From NCBI GenBank assembly GCA_021294815.2, contig CP095464.1, forward strand, positions 240,001 to 272,000: a DNA stretch of 32,000 nt. The letters run 5' to 3'. Shown in pieces: positions 1 to 11,481 of the stretch (positions are counted from its first letter, which is position 1; the number at the start of each line of letters is the position of its first letter). Origin of the DNA: Verrucomicrobiota bacterium (lineage in GTDB: Bacteria; Verrucomicrobiota; Verrucomicrobiia; Opitutales; LL51). The position numbers and the translations under genes were made by a program. The notes below the pieces were generated by a model, which worked only from the letters and a program-made list of their open reading frames with translations, made no database searches and was not told where the DNA came from.

Positions 1-520
1 CCAAGGGAGTATCGCGGTAGCATTCTTTTTCAAATGGGAAAATGGCTCCTAGTGAGTCGATATATTTAGCAATCCGGAAGCGGCGCTTCGCTCGCCATGC
101 CCAAATCTGTGGGCTAATGTAATAATACAGTTTCACGTTGCCACCGGCTTTGTGACTGATGCCACGGCGATATAGTTCTTTGGCAATCCGAAGATTGAGT
201 CCAGGGAAATCGACAAAACAAACTGCTTTCGGTCGGTAGCGCTCAATCCAATCGCAGGTCATTTTTAAAAAACGCATAAAAAACCGAAGATGCTTTAAGA
301 CCTCCGTTGTCCCAATTACAGAATAGTCGACGAGATTAAACAGAAAATCGACGCCCGTTTTTTCAAGGTTTTCGCCACCGATTGCACAGATGTTACACGT
401 CGGACGTTCCGCTTTGAGCTGCCGTACAAACGTCGCCGCATGCTCATCGCCCGAATATTCCCCCGCAATGACCAGTAAATCGGGATATTCCGCCGCCTCG
501 TTGAAGACTATTTTCTGCAT
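1..520 (-). CDS. lpxB: Lipid-A-disaccharide synthase LpxB, N-terminal ~173 aa (gene runs off the window start)
   Basis: Absent from the ORF track because it is truncated by the window edge. My minus-strand translation from the ATG at 520..518 reads MQKIVFNEAAEYPDLLVIAGEYSGDEHAATFVRQLK...NVKLYYYISPQIWAWRAKRRFRIAKYIDSLGAIFPFE. This is the GT19 LpxB N-terminal pattern (GE.SGD, ISPQ[IV]WAWR). Confidence 0.8.
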   Translation of the reverse strand, partial: MQKIVFNEAAEYPDLLVIAGEYSGDEHAATFVRQLKAERPTCNICAIGGENLEKTGVDFLFNLVDYSVIGTTEVLKHLRFFMRFLKMTCDWIERYRPKAVCFVDFPGLNLRIAKELYRRGISHKAGGNVKLYYYISPQIWAWRAKRRFRIAKYIDSLGAIFPFEKECYRDTPL

Positions 521-523
521 GGC

Positions 524-1615
524 TCAAACATTAAAACGAAAAATGATGACATCGCCATCCCTAACTTCATAGTCGCGACCCTCTAAACGGTACTTCCCTG
601 CTTCCTTCGCCGCATTAAAAGAACCCGCTGCCACAAGATCCTCATAGCTCACAACCTCTGCTTTAATGAAGCCTTTTTCGAAGTCGCCATGGATAACGCC
701 TGCGCACTGTGGTGCCTTCATCCCTAATCGGAAGGTCCACGCTTTCACTTCTTTTTCACCCGCCGTCAGAAATGAAGCAAGTCCCAAAAGACGGTAAGTT
801 GCGCGAATGAGTTGGGCCACACCACTTTCTGGAACACCGAGATCCGCTAGATAGCGCTGTGCTTCTTCGGGTGTAAAATCAATGAGGTCGGCCTCTAGTT
901 GGCCGCAAATAATACAGCATGCCGCATGTTGCTTTTGGGCATATTCCATAACAGATTGGGTATGAGTATTACCCTGCAATTCAGTTTCAGAAACATTACA
1001 GGCATAGAGTACGGGCTTTGCTGAAAGTAGATGAAAGGTTTTTAATAAAGCACTCTCCTCTTCATCGACGTCGAGCGAACGTGCGGGATTGCCGGCATTG
1101 AGGTGTTGTTGAAGGCGTTCTAGTAGGGCTGCTGCTTTAATCGACTCGGCATCGCCAGATCGTGCTTTTTTCAACACCTTGGCGAGCTGACTTTCAACGG
1201 ATTGTAGATCGGCTAAAATGAGCTCTGTATTGACAATTTCAATATCGCGAATCGGATCAATACTGCCGGAACTGTGGACGATATCATCATTTTCAAAACA
1301 ACGCGCAACGTGGACAATTGCGTCGACTTCCCGAATGTTCGCTAAAAATTTATTGCCAAGACCCTCACCTCGATTGGCTCCCGCAACAAGACCCGCGATG
1401 TCCACAAATTCAATCGCTGCAGGGACGAGTTTATCCGTTTTCGCAATGGGCTGTAAGACCTTGAGACGAGGTTCGGGAACTTCAACCATCCCTACGTTCG
1501 GATCGATCGTACAGAAGGGATAGTTTTCGGCGGGCGCACGACGCGCCCGAATTAACGCGTTAAAAAGTGTACTTTTCCCCACGTTGGGCAGCCCTACAAT
1601 ACCGGCCTGTAACAT
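524..1615 (-). CDS. ychF: Ribosome-binding ATPase YchF (Obg-like family)
   Basis: 363-aa ORF with P-loop [17 protein letters not shown] and the YchF C-terminal block [14 protein letters not shown]. Its stop at 524 lies 3 nt from the lpxB start. Confidence 0.95.
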   Translation of the reverse strand: MLQAGIVGLPNVGKSTLFNALIRARRAPAENYPFCTIDPNVGMVEVPEPRLKVLQPIAKTDKLVPAAIEFVDIAGLVAGANRGEGLGNKFLANIREVDAIVHVARCFENDDIVHSSGSIDPIRDIEIVNTELILADLQSVESQLAKVLKKARSGDAESIKAAALLERLQQHLNAGNPARSLDVDEEESALLKTFHLLSAKPVLYACNVSETELQGNTHTQSVMEYAQKQHAACCIICGQLEADLIDFTPEEAQRYLADLGVPESGVAQLIRATYRLLGLASFLTAGEKEVKAWTFRLGMKAPQCAGVIHGDFEKGFIKAEVVSYEDLVAAGSFNAAKEAGKYRLEGRDYEVRDGDVIIFRFNV

Positions 1616-1656
1616 GCAAAAACGTTAAAAAACTACCGCTTCCCCTGGCAAGCCCA

Positions 1657-2790
1657 TTAACGACAACAAAGCTTACGTATGCCCCAAATTCCAAGGCCAC
1701 TTAACACAATATTGGGCAACCATAAGAGTAAATCCGGCCGTAGCTGGGGTCGTTTGGTAAGGAACGAGAGGAGCATCATGGTAACATAATAGCCAACACA
1801 AATCAGAAAGGCAATCGCCGCATTCGCCGAGGTTTCTCGTCGTGCAAAACGGATCGAGAGCGGGATCGCCATAAGAACTAACGCTAAAATTCCAAACGCC
1901 ATCGCCGCCTTCATTTGAAATCCAACGTGGACTTCCATGAGAAGACTACGATCGTCATCCCGCTCCGCCTGATTCTTCAATGCACACATCTCGCCGTAGG
2001 TCATGTTACGGATTTTCCGCTTTTCTAAGTTGTTTTGGAAAATTTTCGCCATCGACAAACTCAGCGTCAGTTTTTCAAACGAGATGAGCGGCCATTCTTT
2101 CGCTTCGGGCTCTTGATGTTGAATGGTTCCCTGAAGTAATGTCAATTGGAGCGCATTATTTCCCGAATCGTAGACCAGAGAACCCTGTTTCGCTTCGATA
2201 AATGTTCGCATGCGATCCTTTTCATCAAATTCCCAAATGCGAAAACCGCGTAGTTGATCGCCATCAATTGCGCGGACAAACAGTACGTATCCTGGAAAAT
2301 CGCGGATAAATTTCTGCGGCGCGATAAACCGTAACGGCTCTTCCCGGATAATACTTTGAATACGAACTTTTGCGGATGAAATCGCCCGTGGCGCGTAATG
2401 GAAGTTTACTGTTAAGGCCAAAACAACGCCAACAATTGATAGATACAAAATTGGTGAAAAAATTTTCAACGGCGAAATCCCCGCACCTCGAAGCGCAATG
2501 TACTCTCTGTCTGCCGAGAGCTCACCAAGCGTCAATAAGGTCGCCGACACAAAGCCAAAGGGCAAGGCGTACGCGGCCACCGAAGGCAATAACATAATGC
2601 CGAGCCACACCCCATGCGCCAATGATAGCTTGCCTTCGATGAGAAGCGTCATCATGTCCTTCATCATACGCCCCACGAGCAATAGGCCGGAAAAAAATAG
2701 AATGGAAAGCAGTAAATACCCTACAAATCGTCGCGCAATATACTGGTAAAGCTGCTTCACGTATGTTTCTCTACTTTGCGCACACCGCAT
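1657..2790 (-). CDS. LptF/LptG-family (YjgP/YjgQ) LPS-export permease
   Basis: The ORF extends to a TTG at 2820, and the first ATG is at 2790. A GTG at 2760 would give the family-typical N-terminus (M)KQLYQYIARRF. It has multiple TM segments with a large central soluble loop. I cannot distinguish lptF from lptG. Confidence 0.8.
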   Translation of the reverse strand: MRCAQSRETYVKQLYQYIARRFVGYLLLSILFFSGLLLVGRMMKDMMTLLIEGKLSLAHGVWLGIMLLPSVAAYALPFGFVSATLLTLGELSADREYIALRGAGISPLKIFSPILYLSIVGVVLALTVNFHYAPRAISSAKVRIQSIIREEPLRFIAPQKFIRDFPGYVLFVRAIDGDQLRGFRIWEFDEKDRMRTFIEAKQGSLVYDSGNNALQLTLLQGTIQHQEPEAKEWPLISFEKLTLSLSMAKIFQNNLEKRKIRNMTYGEMCALKNQAERDDDRSLLMEVHVGFQMKAAMAFGILALVLMAIPLSIRFARRETSANAAIAFLICVGYYVTMMLLSFLTKRPQLRPDLLLWLPNIVLSGLGIWGIRKLCCR

Positions 2791-2883
2791 AAAAACACGA
2801 GCAAATATTCTTAATAACAAATTTTTACGAACAGCGTTGACACAAGACGAAAAATTTTAGAGGGTATGCGTGTTTGATAGCCT

Positions 2884-3159
2884 ATGGCCGATGATTGTAT
2901 CGAAGTGACCGGAAAAGTTGTTGCGGTGTTACCGGGGACTATGTTTCGCGTCGCCCTCGAAAATGGACACCAAGTTTTAGCACATATTTCTGGAAAACTG
3001 AGAAAAAATTTCATCCGCCTTGCGGTCGGTGATCGCGTCCATATGGAAATGAATCCGCATGACCTCGAGCGCGCACGCATTACGTTTCGCGTTAAGAATG
3101 CGGTTGTACAAAAAAATGCTCCGATCCGTAGCTTTGGACCTGGGCGTTCTTCTCGTTAG
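2884..3159 (+). CDS. infA: Translation initiation factor IF-1 (S1-like fold) with C-terminal extension
   Basis: The sequence [64 protein letters not shown] aligns along the whole of canonical IF-1. At 91 aa it is longer than the usual ~72. Confidence 0.9.
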   Translation: MADDCIEVTGKVVAVLPGTMFRVALENGHQVLAHISGKLRKNFIRLAVGDRVHMEMNPHDLERARITFRVKNAVVQKNAPIRSFGPGRSSR

Positions 3160-3161
3160 CG

Positions 3162-4505
3162 ATGCCAGCGACCATTGTCGCACTCGCGACACCGCTTGGG
3201 GTTTCTGCCATTGCGAAAATCCGCATCAGTGGGCCTCTTGTCAAAACACTTTGTACCCAGCATTTTCCTCAAAAACAAACACTCATTTCTCACCAGGCAT
3301 TTTTAGCGCACTACACGAATATTAACGGTCAAATCCTCGACCAAGTGATTGCAATTTTTTTCGATGCCGCACACTCCTACACAGGTGAAGATGCTTTAGA
3401 GATTGATTGTCACGGGAATCCGCTCCTCATCCACCTTTTGATTGAAGACCTAATCGCTTCGGGATGTCAAATGGCGGGGCCCGGCGAATTTACGCAGCGC
3501 GCCTACCTGAACCACCACATCGATCTCTGCCAAGCGGAAGCGGTTTTGGATGTAATTCACGCAACCAACGAAGCCGCCCTAACAACGGCGCAACGGCAAC
3601 TGCAAGGCGCTCTCAGTCACGAAATTACCCGCCTCAGCGAAGATCTTCTCAATCTACTGGCCGAACTCGAAGCTGCCATCGATTTTTCCGACGAAGATTT
3701 GCCGATATCCTCGGATATCCCGCTGCAAATTGAAGCCTCACTTCAACGCATCGATGGAATTCTTCAAACGCACCACTACCGCGAGCGCCTCCTTCATGGT
3801 GTTGCTATTGCGATCATCGGAGCGCCCAATGCGGGGAAAAGTAGTTTACTCAATGCTCTCCTCGGTGAAGAGCGTGCACTTGTAAGCGCCATTCCCGGTA
3901 CAACACGCGATTTTATCCGCGAAAACCTCATATTGGACGGCATTTACATTCACATTATCGACACAGCCGGACTACGTGAAACTCGAGATTCCGTCGAGCA
4001 ACTCGGGATCGAAAAAACGCTTCAAAACATCCGCACCGCTGATCTCTGTTTACTTGTAATCGACCAAAACGACCCGAAAATTCCAGACTCAAACATTCTT
4101 CAAGGACTCACGGAATGCATCCTCGTTTGGAACAAAAGCGATTTGCCGAAACGGCAAGAAATCAAAGTTCCTTCAAAATTGAACGATTTTCCATCCGTAA
4201 CGCTCTCGGCAAAAAATCAGAAAAACATAGCGCAATTGAAATCGGCAATTTCATCCTATGTCCGGGCAAAGGCGCTGTTACCACCAGAATCGGCCATTGT
4301 TATCAACGAACGGCATCGAGAGATTTTTGAAAAAACGCGCACTTTTTTGCGCTCGGCATACGAAGCTTTCCAAAACCACCAGGCCTACGAGCTCTGCGCC
4401 AGTGATATTCGCCAAAGTCTCGAACAGCTCGGCTACATCGTCGGGCGCTACAATACGGAGGCGATGTTAGGAAAAATCTTCGAACGATTTTGTGTTGGGA
4501 AATAA
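3162..4505 (+). CDS. mnmE: tRNA modification GTPase MnmE (TrmE)
   Basis: 447 aa with G-domain motifs GAPNAGKSSLLNAL, DTAG and NKSD, and the diagnostic C-terminal CVGK. The ATG lies 2 nt after the infA stop. Confidence 0.95.
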   Translation: MPATIVALATPLGVSAIAKIRISGPLVKTLCTQHFPQKQTLISHQAFLAHYTNINGQILDQVIAIFFDAAHSYTGEDALEIDCHGNPLLIHLLIEDLIASGCQMAGPGEFTQRAYLNHHIDLCQAEAVLDVIHATNEAALTTAQRQLQGALSHEITRLSEDLLNLLAELEAAIDFSDEDLPISSDIPLQIEASLQRIDGILQTHHYRERLLHGVAIAIIGAPNAGKSSLLNALLGEERALVSAIPGTTRDFIRENLILDGIYIHIIDTAGLRETRDSVEQLGIEKTLQNIRTADLCLLVIDQNDPKIPDSNILQGLTECILVWNKSDLPKRQEIKVPSKLNDFPSVTLSAKNQKNIAQLKSAISSYVRAKALLPPESAIVINERHREIFEKTRTFLRSAYEAFQNHQAYELCASDIRQSLEQLGYIVGRYNTEAMLGKIFERFCVGK

Positions 4506-4550
4506 GGTTTTATCCATTGTCGATGAGAACGCTATGCTTATAAAAATCCC

Positions 4551-5021
4551 ATGGCACTCGAAAAAGTTAGGACATGTTTCCAGTGGCTCGACATCACTGA
4601 TCGTATCATTGAATTTGACGCTTCCATTGCGACCGTCGCTTTAGCGGCCCAAAAGCTTCACTGCCCTCCTAGCCGTATTGCGAAAACCATTTCCTTCATG
4701 ACGGATCATGGCGTGATATTAATCGTCACGTCGGGCGACACAAAAATCGATAATACGAAATATCGAACGCAATTTGGTGTTAAAACTAAAATGCTTGCGC
4801 CCGAAGAGGTCGAGCCGCTCGTTGGCCATGCGATCGGCGGAGTTTGTCCGTTTGCGATTCATCCCGAGGTAAAGGTCTATCTCGACCGCTCGCTACAACG
4901 CTTCGAAAGCATTTATCCTTCCTGTGGAAGCAGCAATAGCACGATCGAACTGACCATTTCAGAACTTGAGCGCTATTCCAATTACGTGGCGTGGATTGAT
5001 GTTTCTAAGCTAATGAACTGA
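4551..5021 (+). CDS. YbaK/EbsC-type aminoacyl-tRNA editing (deacylase) domain protein
   Basis: 156 aa. The size and the motif GHAIGGVCPF, plus the K-containing strand (IAKTISF), are typical of the YbaK/ProX trans-editing family. Confidence 0.7.
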   Translation: MALEKVRTCFQWLDITDRIIEFDASIATVALAAQKLHCPPSRIAKTISFMTDHGVILIVTSGDTKIDNTKYRTQFGVKTKMLAPEEVEPLVGHAIGGVCPFAIHPEVKVYLDRSLQRFESIYPSCGSSNSTIELTISELERYSNYVAWIDVSKLMN

Positions 5022-5031
5022 AAAGTAATCA

Positions 5032-5053
5032 GGAGGGACATTGCTGTCCCTCC
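5032..5053. terminator. Bidirectional stem-loop between convergent genes
   Basis: Perfect 9-bp stem GGAGGGACA / TGTCCCTCC with a 4-nt loop (ttgc). It sits between the YbaK-like stop (5021) and the SPFH stop (5086). Confidence 0.6.
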
Positions 5054-5085
5054 CTTTGGATGGATGGTTTAACTTTGGGAAATGA

Positions 5086-6048
5086 CTAATGTTTCGATGC
5101 CGGATTCGGCGTTAATTGGCCGACTTGCTGCGCCTCGATAATCGACTGACGGATCTGGCCTGTGAGATCAGCCACGTTTCCAGGCGAATTGGGAACAAAA
5201 ATGACATTGGATTTCGAAGATCCCGCGATCTCTTTCAGCGTATCGATATACTGGATCAGAAGGACCATCTCCATAACATCCTTCTCGGTCAAACCGGGAA
5301 CATTTTGAATAAATTCCTCAACGGAACCGCGCAATCCGGAGACAATTTCATAGCGCTGCCCAGCAAGACCTTTACCGTGAAGCACACACGCTTCTGCTTC
5401 GGCTTCCGCACGCTTGATACACGCTTCGGCTTCCGCCTCGGCTTGTTTTACCTTGAGAATTTTTTCAGCCTCCCCTTTTTCCGTTGCCGCAACACGAATT
5501 CTTTGCGACGCATTGATCTCATTCATCGCCGCTTTGACATTACCAGCGGGAGAAATATCCGTAACGAGCGCTTTGACGATTTCATAACCGAAATCATCCA
5601 TCGCCTCTTTCAATTCTCCCTCCACTGCATCCGCAATATCGTCTTTCTTTTCGAAAACATCATCTAGATCAATTTTGGGTACCTGCGCGCGCACAACATC
5701 AAAAACGTAGGCTTCAATTTGCTTTCTCGGGTTATTGAGTTTATAAAATGCCTCATAGACCTTCGCCGGCAAAATGCGATATTGTACCGAGACCATAAGA
5801 TCGATAAATACATTATCTTTCGTTTTCGTCTCGATTTTAACATCGAGTTGTGAAATCCGCAGCGATAACCGCGGGCTCAGCGTCTCAATGATTGGAATAT
5901 AAAAATGTAACCCCGGCTCTAGAACGCGATTAAATGCCCCTAAACGCTCAACAATACAACACTCCTGCTGATGGATTACAGCAATAAACGCAAGCAAAAC
6001 GCCTATCGTTATCACCGCACCAATCAGGACTGTCGTCAAAGTTTCCAT
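5086..6048 (-). CDS. SPFH/Band-7 (stomatin/prohibitin-like) membrane protein
   Basis: 320 aa with an N-terminal TM helix (TVLIGAVITIGVLLAFIAVI). This is followed by an SPFH core (IVERLGAFNRVLEPGLHFYIPIIE...) and an Ala/Glu-rich coiled coil (AEAEAEACIKRAEAEAEA). Confidence 0.85.
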   Translation of the reverse strand: METLTTVLIGAVITIGVLLAFIAVIHQQECCIVERLGAFNRVLEPGLHFYIPIIETLSPRLSLRISQLDVKIETKTKDNVFIDLMVSVQYRILPAKVYEAFYKLNNPRKQIEAYVFDVVRAQVPKIDLDDVFEKKDDIADAVEGELKEAMDDFGYEIVKALVTDISPAGNVKAAMNEINASQRIRVAATEKGEAEKILKVKQAEAEAEACIKRAEAEAEACVLHGKGLAGQRYEIVSGLRGSVEEFIQNVPGLTEKDVMEMVLLIQYIDTLKEIAGSSKSNVIFVPNSPGNVADLTGQIRQSIIEAQQVGQLTPNPASKH

Positions 6049-6220
6049 TATTGGAATACCTCTAATGCTAAGGCGACAAAATAAGACTCAAGCTAATTTT
6101 TAACGGTTTTACAAAGTATAAGCAAAACTTATAAGTGACCTTAAAAAGTTGTTTTCTGAAAAGAGGCGCAGAAAAGCGTCGACAAAAGCACGAAAATGTG
6201 GAGGCTCTGAGGACGCATCC

Positions 6221-6302
6221 GCTCGGGTGGTGGAATTGGCAGACACGCCAGACTTAGGATCTGGTGCTGCAAAGCGTGAGGGTTCGAGTCCCTCCTCGAG
6301 CA
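6221..6302 (+). tRNA. tRNA-Leu (anticodon TAG), class II with long variable arm; CCA not encoded
   Basis: Hand-folded. Acceptor GCTCGGG/CTCGAGC has one G-U pair, and the anticodon stem is CCAGA/TCTGG with loop CTTAGGA. The T arm is GAGGG-TTCGAGT-CCCTC, with discriminator A at 6302. Confidence 0.9.
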
Positions 6303-6374
6303 CCCTAGCTAAGCAGAACTCTTTTCTCAAATAATCTTGACATCCATTTTTATTAAATCCACACTCCCTTTGCT

Positions 6375-7247
6375 ATGATTCGTTCAAGCTTTTTAAAACA
6401 CTTATTGACAATTCTTTCCATCGGAGCTACGTTTCCATCTTCTGGCGCTTTTGGTAGCTCGCCCGAGGAGGAAGAGTCTAGTAACGAGAAAAGTGTTGTC
6501 ATTAATCGAGTTAGTGAAGAAACTGTATTGGGTGATACTAAGATACACCGGTTTCGTATTTCTCAGGACCGTGCAGATCCTCGTCGAACGGTCATTTTCG
6601 TAGAAGATTATACAGGGCAGAAAGTGACTCTCGAGGGGGACGATCTCTCTTTTACAGAGGAACGCAAGGGGCCTGAAAATGTAAAATCCATCTCTATCGC
6701 AGGCAACTCTGAAGGTCTCGTAGAGGTTTCTCTTGTTGGTGATTCTGAAAATGAAATTTCGCGATTTTTCTATGTATCTGGTCGGCAAATCAGGATACAT
6801 GTTGGTCCCTCCGGAGGATTACAACGGGCTGTTCAGATTGAATCGGCAGTTTCAAAAATCTCAGAGAGTCACAAAAGTGAAACGGTCTGGACGGAAGTCA
6901 GCGACTCTCGAGTTGAGTTCGGTAATAATGAGGATGAGGTTCCTTCGCAGTATCGCCCCTATAAGCGTTATTGGTGGGTTCTGGCTCATAAATTCCAAAC
7001 GGTATCCATCAGTGGGAATGTTCGCATGGGTAACTTTGCAGTCCCAACCTATCCCACAATTGCAATCAGTGGTATTGATTTAACGCGGGAAGGGCGAGCG
7101 GGTGAGTTCTTTCCAGCCTTTGTTGTCGCAAAAATCGACGAAGAGAGTGGACTACCGAAAGTCGAAATCTTTAAAAGCAAGGACGCCTCTGAACCTATGC
7201 TAACGGTCGTAGACCACGCCCCTGTATCTCAACAAGAGAATCAGTAA
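6375..7247 (+). CDS. Secreted hypothetical protein, paralogue A of a duplicated pair (family not recognised)
   Basis: 290 aa with an N-terminal signal-like segment (LLTILSIGATFPSSGAFG). It aligns over its full length with the ORF at 7589..8467, sharing the blocks VTLEG..SFTE, EVSL[VI]GDS.NEI, IHVGPSG, YWWVL[AG]HKFQ and SGLP[KQ]VEI. Confidence 0.7.
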   Translation: MIRSSFLKHLLTILSIGATFPSSGAFGSSPEEEESSNEKSVVINRVSEETVLGDTKIHRFRISQDRADPRRTVIFVEDYTGQKVTLEGDDLSFTEERKGPENVKSISIAGNSEGLVEVSLVGDSENEISRFFYVSGRQIRIHVGPSGGLQRAVQIESAVSKISESHKSETVWTEVSDSRVEFGNNEDEVPSQYRPYKRYWWVLAHKFQTVSISGNVRMGNFAVPTYPTIAISGIDLTREGRAGEFFPAFVVAKIDEESGLPKVEIFKSKDASEPMLTVVDHAPVSQQENQ

Positions 7248-7290
7248 ACCGGCACTATGACTACCTCGGGAAGCCTTTTCTCGAGATCAA

Positions 7291-7320
7291 ATGAGGGGCA
7301 GCCATCGACCTGCCTCTCAT
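7291..7320 (+). terminator. Stem-loop downstream of paralogue A
   Basis: ATGAGGGGCAG (7291-7301) pairs with CTGCCTCTCAT (7310-7320) as an 11-bp stem with one G-U pair and an 8-nt loop. It is followed by a T-rich tract (tatttcacaatt). Confidence 0.45.
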
Positions 7321-7387
7321 TATTTCACAATTCGGAAAGCCACTATCAGAGTATGGGCCTCATAGATTCGCAATGAGGCCTGTTCGG

Positions 7388-7465
7388 TTGTAAACACTTC
7401 ACCACCTTTGAGACCAATTGAACACGGCGATTACTGTAACCCCATTTGTTATCGTGTCAGCTGAC
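7388..7465 (-). pseudogene. Decayed 3'-terminal fragment of a gap (GAPDH) gene copy
   Basis: The minus-strand translation VS*HDNKWGYSNRRVQLVSKVVKCLQ compares with the intact gap C-terminus [25 protein letters not shown] (8536-8613). By my position-by-position count 60 of 78 nt are identical. TGG has become TGA and the stop TAA has become CAA. Confidence 0.8.
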
Positions 7466-7515
7466 CTTAGGATCTGGTGATGCAAAGCGTAAGGGTTCGA
7501 GTCCCTCCTCGAGCA
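7466..7515 (+). pseudogene. tRNA-Leu(TAG) 3'-half fragment (anticodon loop to discriminator), no 5' half
   Basis: cttaggatctggtgAtgcaaagcgtAagggttcgagtccctcctcgagca matches 6253-6302 with 2 mismatches in 50 nt. The similarity continues 8 nt further (ccctaRct). No acceptor 5' strand or D arm lies upstream, where the gap fragment sits instead. Confidence 0.85.
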
Positions 7516-7588
7516 CCCTAACTCAATTAAAATATTTTTCAAAATAGTCTTGATCTATGCATTTTATTCATTCACCCTCTGCTCCGAT

Positions 7589-8467
7589 ATGATCAAGTGG
7601 GGATTTTTAAAGAAATTGCTTTCAATCTCTTGTGTCGGCGCTACCGTTTTTACCGCTAGCGGGAGTACCTCCCGTACGATAGCGCCTGTTTGCAGCAAGA
7701 ACTTTGTAATTCATCGGCTTAAAGAAAAAATAGTATCCGGCGAAAAAAAGGTTCATAAATTACATATCCGCAGGACAGGCGATATTCCGACTCGGACATA
7801 CATTTCCATAGAAGATTTCAATGGACAAAGGGTAACTCTCGAAGGAGAGGAGATCTCCTTTACCGAAATACGCAAAACGCCTGAAAACATAGTTGCCCTC
7901 CATATTGCACACAACACTAAAGGGCTGATTGAAGTTTCTTTGATCGGGGATTCAGCCAACGAGATTACGCGATTCCTCCACGCATCTGGTCAAAAAATCA
8001 CCATACACGTTGGCCCCTCCGGAGAATTTCAGAAATTCAATCGCGATAGCCATCACGGTAAGGGCAGAGTGCCTTACTCAAAAATCTCATATGGCGACAC
8101 CCAGATTGGTCATAGTGCGCAGGAAGTGAATGATAAATATCGCGCCCAAGGATGCTATTGGTGGGTATTGGGTCATAAATTCCAAGACGTGTCAATCCGC
8201 GGGTACATTAGCCCCCTGTATGTAAATGACCAGATCATGGCCTATCCTCTAATTGAAATTGCGGGAATGCAATTGAAGAAAGAAGGGGTAACAACTGGAT
8301 TTTTTATTCCTGAACTTATAGTCGCTACAATTGATGCGACAAGTGGTCTACCGCAAGTAGAGATTTTAGAACATAAAAAGGATAACGAGCCAAGATTGAC
8401 TGTAATCGACTGCGACCCCTTGTATCGAAAAGCTCTTTCAATAGATCCCAAACAGATTCAACCTTGA
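7589..8467 (+). CDS. Secreted hypothetical protein, paralogue B of the duplicated pair
   Basis: The ORF track starts at 7550. The ATG at 7589 (MIKWGFLKKLLSISCVGATVFTASG) aligns with the paralogue A start (MIRSSFLKHLLTILSIGATF), and the two upstream leaders also align. Identity to paralogue A is roughly 40-50% by eye. Confidence 0.7.
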   Translation: MIKWGFLKKLLSISCVGATVFTASGSTSRTIAPVCSKNFVIHRLKEKIVSGEKKVHKLHIRRTGDIPTRTYISIEDFNGQRVTLEGEEISFTEIRKTPENIVALHIAHNTKGLIEVSLIGDSANEITRFLHASGQKITIHVGPSGEFQKFNRDSHHGKGRVPYSKISYGDTQIGHSAQEVNDKYRAQGCYWWVLGHKFQDVSIRGYISPLYVNDQIMAYPLIEIAGMQLKKEGVTTGFFIPELIVATIDATSGLPQVEILEHKKDNEPRLTVIDCDPLYRKALSIDPKQIQP

Positions 8468-8485
8468 AATGTGCGTAATTAATAA

Positions 8486-8519
8486 AAACCTGCCGAGTTA
8501 TACGAGATCCGACAGGTTT
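8486..8519. terminator. Imperfect bidirectional hairpin between convergent paralogue B and gap
   Basis: AAACCTGCCG / CGACAGGTTT forms a 10-bp stem with one mismatch. An A-run lies on the left and a T-rich run (tttgtgttgtcgtttt) on the right. Confidence 0.45.
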
Positions 8520-8535
8520 GTGTTGTCGTTTTAAA

Positions 8536-11447
<2,912 letters not shown>

Positions 11448-11481
11448 CGTCCTAACTAATCACTACACGACCTCAAGGGAA

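Noticed and set aside
5116..5667. 183-aa + strand ORF
   Set aside because: It is an antisense shadow of the well-supported SPFH/Band-7 gene.
6109..6334. ORFs of 73 aa (-) and 61 aa (+) around 6.1-6.3 kb
   Set aside because: Both run through the tRNA-Leu gene and its promoter region, and a cloverleaf explains the sequence.
6253..7523. Integrated mobile element bounded by direct repeats of the tRNA-Leu 3' end (attL/attR-like)
   Set aside because: There is no integrase or other mobility gene between the repeats. The interval contains only a paralogue of the gene beyond the second repeat plus a copy of the gap 3' end. This is exactly what a head-to-tail segmental duplication predicts and not what an island predicts.
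7550..7588. Upstream ATG start for paralogue B (MIYAFYSFTLCSD...)
   Set aside because: The alignment with paralogue A and its leader places the homologous start at 7589. The extra 13 codons fall in the region that aligns with paralogue A's untranslated leader.
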